DNA of 64,000 nucleotides from a bacterium (GCA_023267635.1 JAHFMX010000001.1:3800-67799); one strand, 5' to 3'. Counted from the stretch's first letter, positions 47,431 to 56,413 are shown. Made by a program: numbers and translations. The notes: generated by a model from the letters alone, not told the origin.

Positions 47431-48366
47431 TCAACCCTGTGGAACGAAGGCGGACACCGAGCCATAGTAGTCATCGGCATCCGACACGCGGTCGGTGACG
47501 AACTCGAGCCCGCCGCCGCCGAAGTAGAAGAGCGGAGACCCCGAGAAGCCGCCAACCGCATACGGAGCGTACTCGTCGCCGGCGCAGTCGGTGTGCAACT
47601 GCTCCCAGCGGACGTAGCGTTCCGGGTGGACGAGTGCCATGCAGCCGAGCGCGAACGCGCCGAGACCGAATTCGTTCGCCGTGAAGCACTCGCGTGCGCG
47701 ACGGACGGAACGGCCACGGTGGCGCATGCCGTACTGGACGGGGACGATCAGGATGTCGCCATTCTGCCCTTCGGCGATCAGGTCGAGCGCGTGGAGCGTG
47801 CGAGCCGATTGCTTCAGGTAGCGGTTCCCCGTTTCGCCTTCGCGGTAGTTGTAGAAGTTCCGCGACTTGCCGAGCTTCTCGAGAACGAGGTCGATGGCGC
47901 GACAGTACTTCTCGGCGGGGTCGGTGACCTCGGGGAAGAAGCGCTTGGCGACGGCATCCACCGACGGGATCGCGAACCAGCCTTCGGCGCCTTGCGGCAG
48001 CTTCATGGTGGGTAGCGTCTTCTCGATGAACTCGCTCACGTAGCCGAGCGACAGGCCGAACTCCTTCGCGAGGATGTCGACTTGCGCGCCGATCGGCTTC
48101 GGACCGCGGTACTCCTTCGGGTACGTGTAGCTGGATTCCACCTCCTCGCTCGCGAACTGGTCGGTGACCGACAGGTTCTTGATGAGTTGGATGGCCGCTT
48201 CACGGATGCCCGCGGAGAACTCGTTGCCGTGTTCGATCACGCGCTGGGCGCCGGGGTTGTCGAGGCCGACCTCTTCGAGGACCTTGTCGATCGCATCGGA
48301 GCCGAAGCGGTTGATCTGCTTCAGTTGGCCGGGGGTGGCTTGGGACTGCTGAGTAATCGCATTCAT
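47431..48366 (-). CDS. DGR target (variable) protein with C-terminal VR; function unknown
   Basis: 311 aa; VR at the C-terminus; the gene is about 65% GC in a roughly 33% GC background; no signal peptide is obvious. Confidence 0.7.
   Translation of the reverse strand: MNAITQQSQATPGQLKQINRFGSDAIDKVLEEVGLDNPGAQRVIEHGNEFSAGIREAAIQLIKNLSVTDQFASEEVESSYTYPKEYRGPKPIGAQVDILAKEFGLSLGYVSEFIEKTLPTMKLPQGAEGWFAIPSVDAVAKRFFPEVTDPAEKYCRAIDLVLEKLGKSRNFYNYREGETGNRYLKQSARTLHALDLIAEGQNGDILIVPVQYGMRHRGRSVRRARECFTANEFGLGAFALGCMALVHPERYVRWEQLHTDCAGDEYAPYAVGGFSGSPLFYFGGGGLEFVTDRVSDADDYYGSVSAFVPQG
47441..47560 (-). repeat. DGR variable repeat (VR) at the 3' end of the target gene
   Basis: Counterpart of the TR; encodes the last about 40 aa (...PLFYFGGGGLEFVTDRVSDADDYYGSVSAFVPQG); the 3'-most 27 nt are identical to the TR (IMH-like GC-rich segment). 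Confidence 0.8.
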
Positions 48367-48506
48367 TGCGTTATCTCCATGGAAAGGTACTACTTTTCGG
48401 TTTGGACTGTCGAAACAGGTACCAGGAATCTGGTCTATATACTATATCACAAAATACACTAAAAGTCAATAGATTGAAATTGCTTAACACTAAAGGATTT
48501 TTAGTG

Positions 48507-50063
48507 TTATTCCACGTCAACGTAATCTGGATGATACAGAATGCTGTCGTCGCTATCACCTAACCAGAACATGATAATTGTTCCCTCGCTTGCATGCTTC
48601 TCCGTTGTTGCATTGATGAGAAGCGAGAATGCATCAGCTAAGTCATCGTGTTTTTCCACTCCAAACCCAACTAGTTGCTCAATGAGGTTCTCACAGCCTT
48701 GTCGTGGAAATTTAATGATTCCAGACTTTATGGATGTGGATGTAAGCGATAGTCGTGTTCGTTTGTCTCCTTTTGGTTTTATTGCCTCTGCTTTAATGCC
48801 ATGCATGTCTAGCATTTGAGGTAATGCTTCTTGGTAAGAAACACTTTCCACAAAGATGGTATCTCTATGGTCACTCAGCATGGTACTTTTGACATTTTTC
48901 ATCAACTCAACTTGCGCTGGGAAATTAAGCTTTTTCGCGATCGGATTAGGGAGAATGTAAATTCTCATTTTTTCTCTACGGCTATACACGTGCGCAAATA
49001 CAAGAGCGGTAAAGTCTGCAGAATCTTTTTCAGAAATTGCTAAGTCAATGCCGACATAGGTACCTCGATATCCTTTATGTCTTGTTCCAGGCAGTTCATC
49101 ATAGTACTGGATCCATTCTGGATAGATGACTTGGTCATCACTTGGAATGATACGAAGAAGGTATTCTCGTTGCCACGATGCTTCGCTAGCAACTTTAAGC
49201 TTCTCGTCTTCAACATCTTTCGCTGTTGGGTATTTACCAGGCCACAAGCAAACATCTTTCTCATCAAGTAGCGGGTATTCCTTGAATACTCCTTTTGTCC
49301 TACCTTGAGCAATCTCTTCTTTGATTCGCATAAGTAGTGAATCTTCGTGAAGCAGGTTACCAACAATGATAAGGCGAGTCTTTCTGTCTCCTGACGGAAT
49401 GACTTCGCTATAGAGCCAGTTGTATGTTCCATTGCGACCTTCTCTTGTTTTAGTAGATTGCACATCCTCCACGTCGTCGCAGATTATCAAGTCTGGACGA
49501 TGTTGGTTGTGGCGTATGCCTCGGATACTCTGTTCAGTTGACGCAACGGTAATTCTTGCACCATGCTTTTTGAAGACGATAGAGAATGAACCCCACTCGT
49601 CACTTTCTTCCTGGAAAGGACCCAGATCTTTCTTTAAAACATCGTTACCCTCAAGTTCGGTGCGAATGTTCATCATGTGCTGTTTTGCTTGCGCTCTAGT
49701 CTGACAAAAGATCACGCAAAACTTCTTTTGCTGTTTTCCAAGAATCGCCCAGATTGGGTATGCAGTTGTAATCATGGTTGATTTACCAGATCCACGGAAC
49801 GCTACCACGTACAGATTTTCTGTTGGACTATGTTCAAGATAGTGAATTACTTCTTTCTGAAAATCTGCCGTTTCATACTTTACATAGTGGGCGTAGTAGA
49901 AATGAAAGAAATATAAGAAGCTATCTTTGGTAATGGATGTTCTCACTAACCTATCTTTCATCATCTTATTCACCAACTTTGTTTCTATGATTTTATTCAT
50001 GACTTTTGGTATTAATCTTTTTAATGGATTTCGATTTGGTGATGGACGCAAGTTTAAGCGCAT
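48507..50063 (-). CDS. Phage terminase large subunit-like protein (ATPase + RNase-H-like nuclease)
   Basis: Walker A AFRGSGKST, Walker B LIICDDVED, C-terminal nuclease-like VGIDLAISEKDSADFTALV...; 518 aa. Confidence 0.65.
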   Translation of the reverse strand: MRLNLRPSPNRNPLKRLIPKVMNKIIETKLVNKMMKDRLVRTSITKDSFLYFFHFYYAHYVKYETADFQKEVIHYLEHSPTENLYVVAFRGSGKSTMITTAYPIWAILGKQQKKFCVIFCQTRAQAKQHMMNIRTELEGNDVLKKDLGPFQEESDEWGSFSIVFKKHGARITVASTEQSIRGIRHNQHRPDLIICDDVEDVQSTKTREGRNGTYNWLYSEVIPSGDRKTRLIIVGNLLHEDSLLMRIKEEIAQGRTKGVFKEYPLLDEKDVCLWPGKYPTAKDVEDEKLKVASEASWQREYLLRIIPSDDQVIYPEWIQYYDELPGTRHKGYRGTYVGIDLAISEKDSADFTALVFAHVYSRREKMRIYILPNPIAKKLNFPAQVELMKNVKSTMLSDHRDTIFVESVSYQEALPQMLDMHGIKAEAIKPKGDKRTRLSLTSTSIKSGIIKFPRQGCENLIEQLVGFGVEKHDDLADAFSLLINATTEKHASEGTIIMFWLGDSDDSILYHPDYVDVE

Positions 50064-50490
50064 GTCGAACTATCTTTGCTTGATCTGGTGTTAGTTCTTC
50101 ATTGTCTTCAGCAGTGCTAATTTCAAGCTTGTTCTTGTAGTTGTCGTTTCGGTGCCTCAACCAAAAACTAATCGCAGGATAGTTTTTCTCTTTTATAAGT
50201 GTGAGTAATTGGCTTTCGCTCATGTCATTTACAAGCGCTACGCCATTTGCTAGCGATTCATCCATTTTCTTGGCGAACATTTTATCCTCACGTCGCCAAC
50301 GGTAGACACTGTTTCTTGATACTCCGGTTTTCTCGCAAGCAACTTGAATTATGGGAACCTTCTCGAGCTCTGCAAAGAATTGGTCTTGTAGCTTATTCTT
50401 TTTCATAGATTGCTTTGTTACCAGTAAGAGCCTCGTAACGCTTGATGATGAGGTCACAGAATCGGGGTTCCAAATCCATTCCGTACACAC
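49993..50490 (-). CDS. Helix-turn-helix protein, phage terminase small subunit-like
   Basis: 165 aa; IIQVACEKTGVSRNSVYRWRRED HTH; paralog of 63080..63490; located between the methylase and terminase large subunit. Confidence 0.45.
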   Translation of the reverse strand: MCTEWIWNPDSVTSSSSVTRLLLVTKQSMKKNKLQDQFFAELEKVPIIQVACEKTGVSRNSVYRWRREDKMFAKKMDESLANGVALVNDMSESQLLTLIKEKNYPAISFWLRHRNDNYKNKLEISTAEDNEELTPDQAKIVRHALKLASITKSKSIKKINTKSHE

Positions 50491-51739
50491 GGCGACCTAG
50501 CTGTTCACCCGCAAGTAAAGTACTACCTGATCCAAGGAAACTATCTAAAATGATGTCCCCGGGCTTTGTACAGCGTTTAATGGCCTTCTCATGCAGTGTT
50601 ATTGGCTTACTTGTGGCATGCTGGTATTCTTTTGATGGAAGTCGCTTTGCTGTCCAGATTTCAAGAAAGTTATCTACCTGAGCAATGAGATCATTACCTG
50701 TAGTAAATTCTTTATTCATGACCTCATTGAGATCTTGAATGGATTCAGCAAGGTGCGGTCGTCCGCGAGTGCCATATACCGCAGGTTCGTATGCTTTATT
50801 GCAATACACTTTCGGCACAGGATTTTGTGAGTTCTTGAGCCATAGACACACACGCTTGTTTGCAACACCAAGCAAACGGTAGATCTCTTGAATAAGACCG
50901 ATGTACACTTGGTCGCAGTAGTAGAAGACGTGAGTGTCTGGACTGGATACCGAGAGGGCGGCGCTAAGAGAATCTTTGATGAAGGCTTTGTATTCTTCGT
51001 ATGAGCGAGTATCATTTACACTTCCGCCGTAGTCTTTGTTGCCACCAATGCCACCGTTGTAGTCTATGGAAATGTTATACACGGGATCCGAATAGATCAT
51101 GCTTGCCTTCTCATCACCGAATAACCGAGCCAGATTCTTTGGATCGGTTGAATCGCCACAAAGGATCTTGTGTTTACCGAGGCGGATGAGATCTCCCAGT
51201 TTTGTCACTGGTTCTATGATTTTCTTTAATTCTTTGTCGACATCGAACGCGTCTTCCTTGGTTTCGTTATTCTCATCCCAGAATTTCGCAAGCTCAATCT
51301 GATCGAATCCTGCAAAGGAAAGCGTTTCCATGTCGAATGACTTAAGGAGGTCGTAATCCCAGTCACCACCGAGCTTGTTGGAGCCGATGAGGTATTCCTT
51401 GGCTTCTTGTTCAGTAAGCTTACGATTGGGGACTCTGATATCTATCTGCTCTTCACCACGTTCAAGGAGTTGTAACGCTCGAATGCGCTGATGACCTGCG
51501 AGAATTGTCCCGTCATAATCTACCGCCGGTATTTCTACGAGATTAAACTTCTTAAGACTTCGCTTGAGATCTGACATTTGCTTGTCAGTGATCTTGCGAG
51601 GATTGACCTCTTGGGGAATGAGATTGTTTACACGTTTTTGGACCGTCGTCCATGTGAGTTTTTTCATGCTGATTTTATTTATTAGTTGTAAATAAAATGC
51701 ATGGAACAGAAAATGCCTATCCCACGCACGAAATAACAA
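50393..51739 (-). CDS. ParB-like nuclease domain fused to DNA methyltransferase (beta-class N6/N4 MTase)
   Basis: N-terminal ParB/Srx motif (LVEIPAVDYDGTILAGHQRIRAL), DPPY-like SDPVYN, C-terminal motif I ILDSFLGSGSTLLAGEQLGRR. Confidence 0.65.
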   Translation of the reverse strand: MLFRAWDRHFLFHAFYLQLINKISMKKLTWTTVQKRVNNLIPQEVNPRKITDKQMSDLKRSLKKFNLVEIPAVDYDGTILAGHQRIRALQLLERGEEQIDIRVPNRKLTEQEAKEYLIGSNKLGGDWDYDLLKSFDMETLSFAGFDQIELAKFWDENNETKEDAFDVDKELKKIIEPVTKLGDLIRLGKHKILCGDSTDPKNLARLFGDEKASMIYSDPVYNISIDYNGGIGGNKDYGGSVNDTRSYEEYKAFIKDSLSAALSVSSPDTHVFYYCDQVYIGLIQEIYRLLGVANKRVCLWLKNSQNPVPKVYCNKAYEPAVYGTRGRPHLAESIQDLNEVMNKEFTTGNDLIAQVDNFLEIWTAKRLPSKEYQHATSKPITLHEKAIKRCTKPGDIILDSFLGSGSTLLAGEQLGRRVYGMDLEPRFCDLIIKRYEALTGNKAIYEKE

Positions 51740-51843
51740 AAGCCGATTGCTTATTATTATTTCTTGCGCGAAATAGGCATGTCCTCGTGGAGATACACTA
51801 TTCTACTTTTTACTACGCAGAAACTAACACTTATATTTTATTC

Positions 51844-52254
51844 CTAACCTTTTCCTTTTGCAAGACCGCGGATGATCCGTTTGCCATTCTTGCTGTTCAT
51901 AAACTCTATTGTATCCTTGCCTGGCACTACGGGTATTCCATCATTCGGGAGTGCAATTAAGACCTTGTACCCATTCGCTTCTTCTTTCTGAACCATTCTT
52001 ACGAAATCAGGATCTGTTTTTAGAAGGTTGAGAGTAAACGTCCGATTTTCAGAAAATGCAGACTTCTCAATATTTGAGTAAATACGATCAGGACTATCTG
52101 TCTCGAACGCCTTTTGTACTTTTTTACCAACCGAAGGAGTAGGTGCTCTTTTAGCAGTATGAAGTGCAATATCCGTAATGCGGATGATTTTATATTTCTG
52201 TCCGTTTTTCATGACAGCTGGCTTTAGTTCGAGTTTGTAGTCCATAAACCTCAT
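51844..52254 (-). CDS. Hypothetical protein
   Basis: 136 aa; its ATG overlaps the stop of the upstream 40-aa ORF (TAATG). Confidence 0.3.
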   Translation of the reverse strand: MRFMDYKLELKPAVMKNGQKYKIIRITDIALHTAKRAPTPSVGKKVQKAFETDSPDRIYSNIEKSAFSENRTFTLNLLKTDPDFVRMVQKEEANGYKVLIALPNDGIPVVPGKDTIEFMNSKNGKRIIRGLAKGKG

Positions 52255-52376
52255 TACTTCTTATTCTTTACCCACTCCACATTATCAGGATTGTTCTGTG
52301 CCTTTTTCTCAGTCACGAATCTACCTGTTTTTGCATCGTGAGGCTGCTCGTTGTTCCAATTATGCTTCTTGCTCAT
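52254..52376 (-). CDS. Small ORF (40 aa), hypothetical, translationally coupled
   Basis: Hand translation: MSKKHNWNNEQPHDAKTGRFVTEKKAQNNPDNVEWVKNKK. It lies between two co-directional genes; not in the ORF track (<60 aa). Confidence 0.25.
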   Translation of the reverse strand: MSKKHNWNNEQPHDAKTGRFVTEKKAQNNPDNVEWVKNKK

Positions 52377-52385
52377 ATGTTTATA

Positions 52386-52658
52386 TTATAGATTATTATG
52401 GATCCAATTTGATACATCTTGTGGAAGGTTAACCCAAGCAGCTGTATCTTTAGTAACAGTTACAACAAGAACCTTATCGTTCGCATCTGTATGCTTTTGA
52501 ATTTGGTTCCTAGTTTCTTCTGCGGTAAAGTTGTTCTTAATCAACCAAACTGATTCCAGCGGTTTCGCCCACACGGCGTATGACTTGAGAAAGGTGATCA
52601 AAGATGTGTAATCCTTGTTCGGTTTAATAAGGTCGTATGATACTAGGTGAGTGAACAT
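52386..52658 (-). CDS. Hypothetical protein
   Basis: 90 aa; first gene of a 3-gene minus-strand cluster. Confidence 0.3.
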   Translation of the reverse strand: MFTHLVSYDLIKPNKDYTSLITFLKSYAVWAKPLESVWLIKNNFTAEETRNQIQKHTDANDKVLVVTVTKDTAAWVNLPQDVSNWIHNNL

Positions 52659-52770
52659 TTGTTTATTATGGTTATGCTGTTAAGTTTGTCAGGGGTTATA
52701 CCTGATAAATCCAGTTTATCAGAATGAAAAGTATCTTGTCAAATCAAATTGAAAAGTATATAATATCAAC

Positions 52771-53100
52771 ATGAAAATACCAGAAAATAAAGGGGAATTT
52801 ATCGGCAAGCAGATCAAGAAAGCGCGTGAAGAGGAAGATATTTCACAGCTTGAACTGGCTAAGGCTGTGGATTTTGAGTCTGCAACAGCAATTTCCCTCA
52901 TAGAATCTGGCGAAAGGAAAATTACTGCAGAGAATCTTGAGAAAATAGCCATCGCCTTAAAAAAAGACATTAAGTACTTCCTGGGGACAGAAGACGAACC
53001 TGTAACTATCGAAGTTGCTTTGCGAGCAGAAAAAAATCTCTCCAAAGAAGACAAGGACGCATTGCTTCGATTCATTGAGCTAGCGAAGAAAAAGAAATAA
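52771..53100 (+). CDS. XRE-family helix-turn-helix transcriptional regulator
   Basis: GKQIKKAREEEDISQLELAKAVDFESATAISLIESGERKITAENLEKIAIAL is a classic HTH_3 (Cro/C1-type) domain. Confidence 0.75.
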   Translation: MKIPENKGEFIGKQIKKAREEEDISQLELAKAVDFESATAISLIESGERKITAENLEKIAIALKKDIKYFLGTEDEPVTIEVALRAEKNLSKEDKDALLRFIELAKKKK

Positions 53101-53598
53101 ATGGAATACACCGATACAGACCTTGGTCCTCGAAAAACTTCAGCAAAAAACCTTGCAAAGAAGCTGATAAAGGATTCTAAGATCAAAGAGGCTCCTGTAT
53201 CGTTAAGAATTGTTATAGAGTGCCTCCAAACGACGCACGATTTGCGCGTAATCGCTCACGGATTTAGCGACCATGTTTCTGGTCTACTTATGAGATGCAA
53301 GCAACTCGACGAAGAGTATTTCGTCATAGGATTCAATGAGAACCAACCTTGGTGCAGGCGTAGATTTACCATTGCCCACGAGATAGGACATCTTCTTTTT
53401 GGTCATACATGTAATCAAAGTGATGATAAGGATCACAACGAAAAGGAAGCAGATATATTTGCGGCGGAGTTGTTAATACCAAAGGAATTTTTGAAAAAGG
53501 ATTTTAAGATTACTCCAAAGATTCCAGATTTAGCCAAGAAATATCTCGTAAGCCAACAGGCAATGGGTATTAAGATCACGACGGACCGTCTTATCTAA
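53101..53598 (+). CDS. ImmA/IrrE family metallo-endopeptidase (DUF955)
   Basis: FTIAHEIGHLLFGH HExxH motif; its start abuts the XRE regulator's stop, giving the canonical XRE-ImmA pair of mobile elements. Confidence 0.75.
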   Translation: MEYTDTDLGPRKTSAKNLAKKLIKDSKIKEAPVSLRIVIECLQTTHDLRVIAHGFSDHVSGLLMRCKQLDEEYFVIGFNENQPWCRRRFTIAHEIGHLLFGHTCNQSDDKDHNEKEADIFAAELLIPKEFLKKDFKITPKIPDLAKKYLVSQQAMGIKITTDRLI

Positions 53599-53601
53599 AA
53601 C

Positions 53602-53976
53602 ATGGGAACAACAACGCCACTAGGACCAGAATTTGTCAGCCAAATGGTAACCATGCTGTTAAATGGCGTTCAGGAAGGTACCGTTAAGGCTTATCAAATG
53701 CTTTGGGGTATATTGATTACTTTTCTCAAAGCGCACTGGATTGGCGTTACAGAGATTCTTCTTGGTTTTCTTGTTATTGCTTTTCTAGTCTTCCTATTTA
53801 CTGGAAGGTGGGCAATGCTTGGGAGCGTGCTCAACCGTTATTTCTTCTTTGGATTCCTATTTATCATGGGCCTTATCTTTGGACCACAAGTGTTTGCAAA
53901 TACTTATTTCGAGATAGTTTGGGTTGTGCTTGGTTTGGTTGTCTTTATTGTCATTGGCAAAATCTTCAGGAAATAG
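53602..53976 (+). CDS. Small membrane protein (hypothetical)
   Basis: 124 aa, three hydrophobic helices. Confidence 0.3.
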   Translation: MGTTTPLGPEFVSQMVTMLLNGVQEGTVKAYQMLWGILITFLKAHWIGVTEILLGFLVIAFLVFLFTGRWAMLGSVLNRYFFFGFLFIMGLIFGPQVFANTYFEIVWVVLGLVVFIVIGKIFRK

Positions 53977-54172
53977 TTACAACTGCATGTAACTATTTAA
54001 GTCTTACCTATGTCACTTTTGTCACTTTTTAGTCGCTCGACAAGGGTCGATTTGATATACTAGAAACAATTGGAAAAGCCTTACGGGGTAAGGAACCTCA
54101 CGGTCGCACCTCGAGAAGGCTCACCTTCAACAGCTAGCACGAGAAGGTTCGTTTTCAAGGAGTTTTTAGTAT

Positions 54173-54754
54173 GTGAAAATTAAACACCCTTCCAAGAATC
54201 GAACCTCCTCTGCGGTGCGATTGTATGCTCTCGCAGTTAGAGAAATAGGAAGCAATGATGAACTTGATTATATTCATTTAGTATCAGCGATTGAAATACT
54301 TTCCAAGAATTATGTACTACCTGCGAATCATGAACCTCTTTTATCAGTGTTAGATCAAATAAGAGAATTATTAAGAGGTGCAGGTGCGGAAGCAAAAAGT
54401 GAATTAGGTAATCTTTTTGAACAAAGAAAATCAACAATGAAATTTGTCAGCTTTATCCAGAAGTATTCTGGAGACAGCGTGCCAGAAAGACCGACATTAG
54501 ACGCACTAGAAAATAAGGTCTATAAAGATAATTTACCGAACGCATTAAAGAGAATATATAGAGCAAGATCAAAGTTCCTCCACGAAGGAAGCTCGATGTA
54601 TATGAGTATTCCGGGCATGACAGTAGGTAATTGTGACTATGACAGCTCACTAGGCGGAACCATAGGTAATAGAGAGCTTGACCCAGAAGAAAAACTTCCA
54701 AGTATATCCTTCTTTGAAGGTTTAGTTGGGATCTGTTTACTAAATTATCTTTAA
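54173..54754 (+). CDS. Hypothetical protein with HEPN-like Rx4H(E)G motif
   Basis: 193 aa; ...YRARSKFLHEGS... has the same Y.aR....HxG pattern as the three tandem genes at 20.6-23.8 kb. Confidence 0.35.
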   Translation: MKIKHPSKNRTSSAVRLYALAVREIGSNDELDYIHLVSAIEILSKNYVLPANHEPLLSVLDQIRELLRGAGAEAKSELGNLFEQRKSTMKFVSFIQKYSGDSVPERPTLDALENKVYKDNLPNALKRIYRARSKFLHEGSSMYMSIPGMTVGNCDYDSSLGGTIGNRELDPEEKLPSISFFEGLVGICLLNYL

Positions 54755-54816
54755 TTCTTACATCTTAAATATAAAGACACTTGCATTTATTTATAAGGAT
54801 ATGCTAATATCCTTAT

Positions 54817-55113
54817 ATGACAGATTTATGTGAATCAATGAACAAGTTTGGCAAGGGCATTGGGAGTGCTCCGCGGTATCGTATCGTGGAAGCGTTGTTT
54901 TCCGGTCCAAAAACAGTCGGAGAACTTGCAAAAAAAACAAAGCAGTCTCAACCCCTCGTATCCCAGCACTTGCGTGTTCTTAAAGAAACAGGACTAGTGC
55001 AAGATGAACGGCGGGGACAAGAGGTCTTCTATACACTCAACAGTGAGCACACCATTCGCCTCCTCAAACGTCTTTCGGAGGAACTCAAGCCGAAGAAAAA
55101 TCGAAAGACGTAA
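54817..55113 (+). CDS. ArsR/SmtB-family metalloregulator
   Basis: LFSGPKTVGELAKKTKQSQPLVSQHLRVLKETGLVQDERRGQEVFYTL is a winged-helix ArsR signature. Confidence 0.75.
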   Translation: MTDLCESMNKFGKGIGSAPRYRIVEALFSGPKTVGELAKKTKQSQPLVSQHLRVLKETGLVQDERRGQEVFYTLNSEHTIRLLKRLSEELKPKKNRKT

Positions 55114-55149
55114 GATCGTTTATTTATTAAATTAACTTGTAACAAACTT

Positions 55150-55770
55150 ATGAAAACATCACAACAAAATATAAAAATTAAAGTTATTATCGGCAGTACA
55201 CGACAGAGTCGTTTTAGTGAGAAACCTGCAGGATGGATTTTTGAAGAAGCAAAAAAACTGGAAGGCGTGGAGGTCGAGCTTTTGGACTTGCGCGATTATC
55301 CGATGCCATTTTTTGATAGCCCTATTTCGCCTTCGATGGGGAAAGGTCAATACTCAGACGAGGCAGTAAAGAAGTGGGCAGAAAAAATAAACGATGGGGA
55401 CGCATTTATCATAGTCACGCCAGAATACAATCATGGCTATTCTGCCGTGCTTAAAAACGCTTTGGATGTTATCTACCCAGAGTGGAACAGAAAGCCGGTC
55501 GGTTTTGTCAGCTATGGCAGTGCGCTCGGCGCGCGTGCCGTAGAACAGCTTCGCCAAGTCGCGGTCGAACTTCAAATGGCGCCGATAAGAAATGCGATCC
55601 ATGTCCCTGTTGATATCTTTATGGCGGCAATGATGGGCAAGGGACCGACGGGCCCTGAAATGTTCAAACCAATCCGCGAGGGCATGATGGGAGATCGTGT
55701 ACAGATTTTCTTGGACGAACTTCTCTGGTGGGCAAAAGCCCTTAAAGTAGCGCGAACAAAAAGCGCGTAA
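55150..55770 (+). CDS. NADPH-dependent FMN reductase family protein
   Basis: IKVIIGSTRQSRFSEK...AFIIVTPEYNHGYSAVLKNALD matches the FMN_red family. Confidence 0.7.
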   Translation: MKTSQQNIKIKVIIGSTRQSRFSEKPAGWIFEEAKKLEGVEVELLDLRDYPMPFFDSPISPSMGKGQYSDEAVKKWAEKINDGDAFIIVTPEYNHGYSAVLKNALDVIYPEWNRKPVGFVSYGSALGARAVEQLRQVAVELQMAPIRNAIHVPVDIFMAAMMGKGPTGPEMFKPIREGMMGDRVQIFLDELLWWAKALKVARTKSA

Positions 55771-55786
55771 TATTTTTAACTCAACT

Positions 55787-56413
55787 ATGAAAATTGCAAT
55801 TTTTGGAGCCACAGGAGGAACCGGGCAAGCATTAGTCAAACAAGCTTTGGAAAAAGGTCATAGGGTAACCGTTCTTGTGCGTAACCCGGAAAAGGTTGAG
55901 ATAAAACATGCCAATCTATTGATCGTTAAGGGAGATGTCTTAGACGCGGTCTCTGTTGAGAAGGCGGTCGCGGGTCACGATGCGGTGCTCGTGGCGTTGG
56001 GTGTCAAGCCGCCTTCCAAAGCAAAAGTTGTTGGCCCGGGTACTAAAAATATTATTGAAGCCATGAAGAAACATGGCATAAAGCGATTGATAGTTGAGTC
56101 AGCAATGTTTATGGACGATACGGTGAGAAAAAATAGTTTTCTCATTTCTCTTTTAACAAAAACATTTATGAAGGGAATATATGCGGACAAGTTAGTGCAA
56201 GAGGTGGCGGTTAGAGAAAGTGGTTTGGAATGGGTCATCGTCCGCCCAGTAGGTTTAGCCAACGGCCCCAAAACAGAAATATACAGGTTTGGAGAAGGTC
56301 TAAAATTAAAAGGATTATTCCCGATGGTCTCACGCGCTGATGTAGCTGATTTTATGCTTAAGCAATTAAGCTCCAACACCAATCTTAATAAAGCTGTGTT
56401 GGTTACAAATTAA
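55787..56413 (+). CDS. NAD(P)H-binding (NmrA/SDR-like) oxidoreductase
   Basis: MKIAIFGATGGTGQALVKQALEKGHRVTVLVRNPEK. Confidence 0.7.
   Translation: MKIAIFGATGGTGQALVKQALEKGHRVTVLVRNPEKVEIKHANLLIVKGDVLDAVSVEKAVAGHDAVLVALGVKPPSKAKVVGPGTKNIIEAMKKHGIKRLIVESAMFMDDTVRKNSFLISLLTKTFMKGIYADKLVQEVAVRESGLEWVIVRPVGLANGPKTEIYRFGEGLKLKGLFPMVSRADVADFMLKQLSSNTNLNKAVLVTN

Noticed and set aside
47409-48462. Multiple overlapping ORFs on both strands (47409..47717, 47422..48015, 47471..47689, 47639..47821, 47694..47927, 48082..48462, 48164..48352)
   Set aside because: Ala/Arg/Gly/Val-rich translations typical of off-frame or antisense reading of GC-rich DNA; all lie within or antisense to the 47431..48366 target gene.
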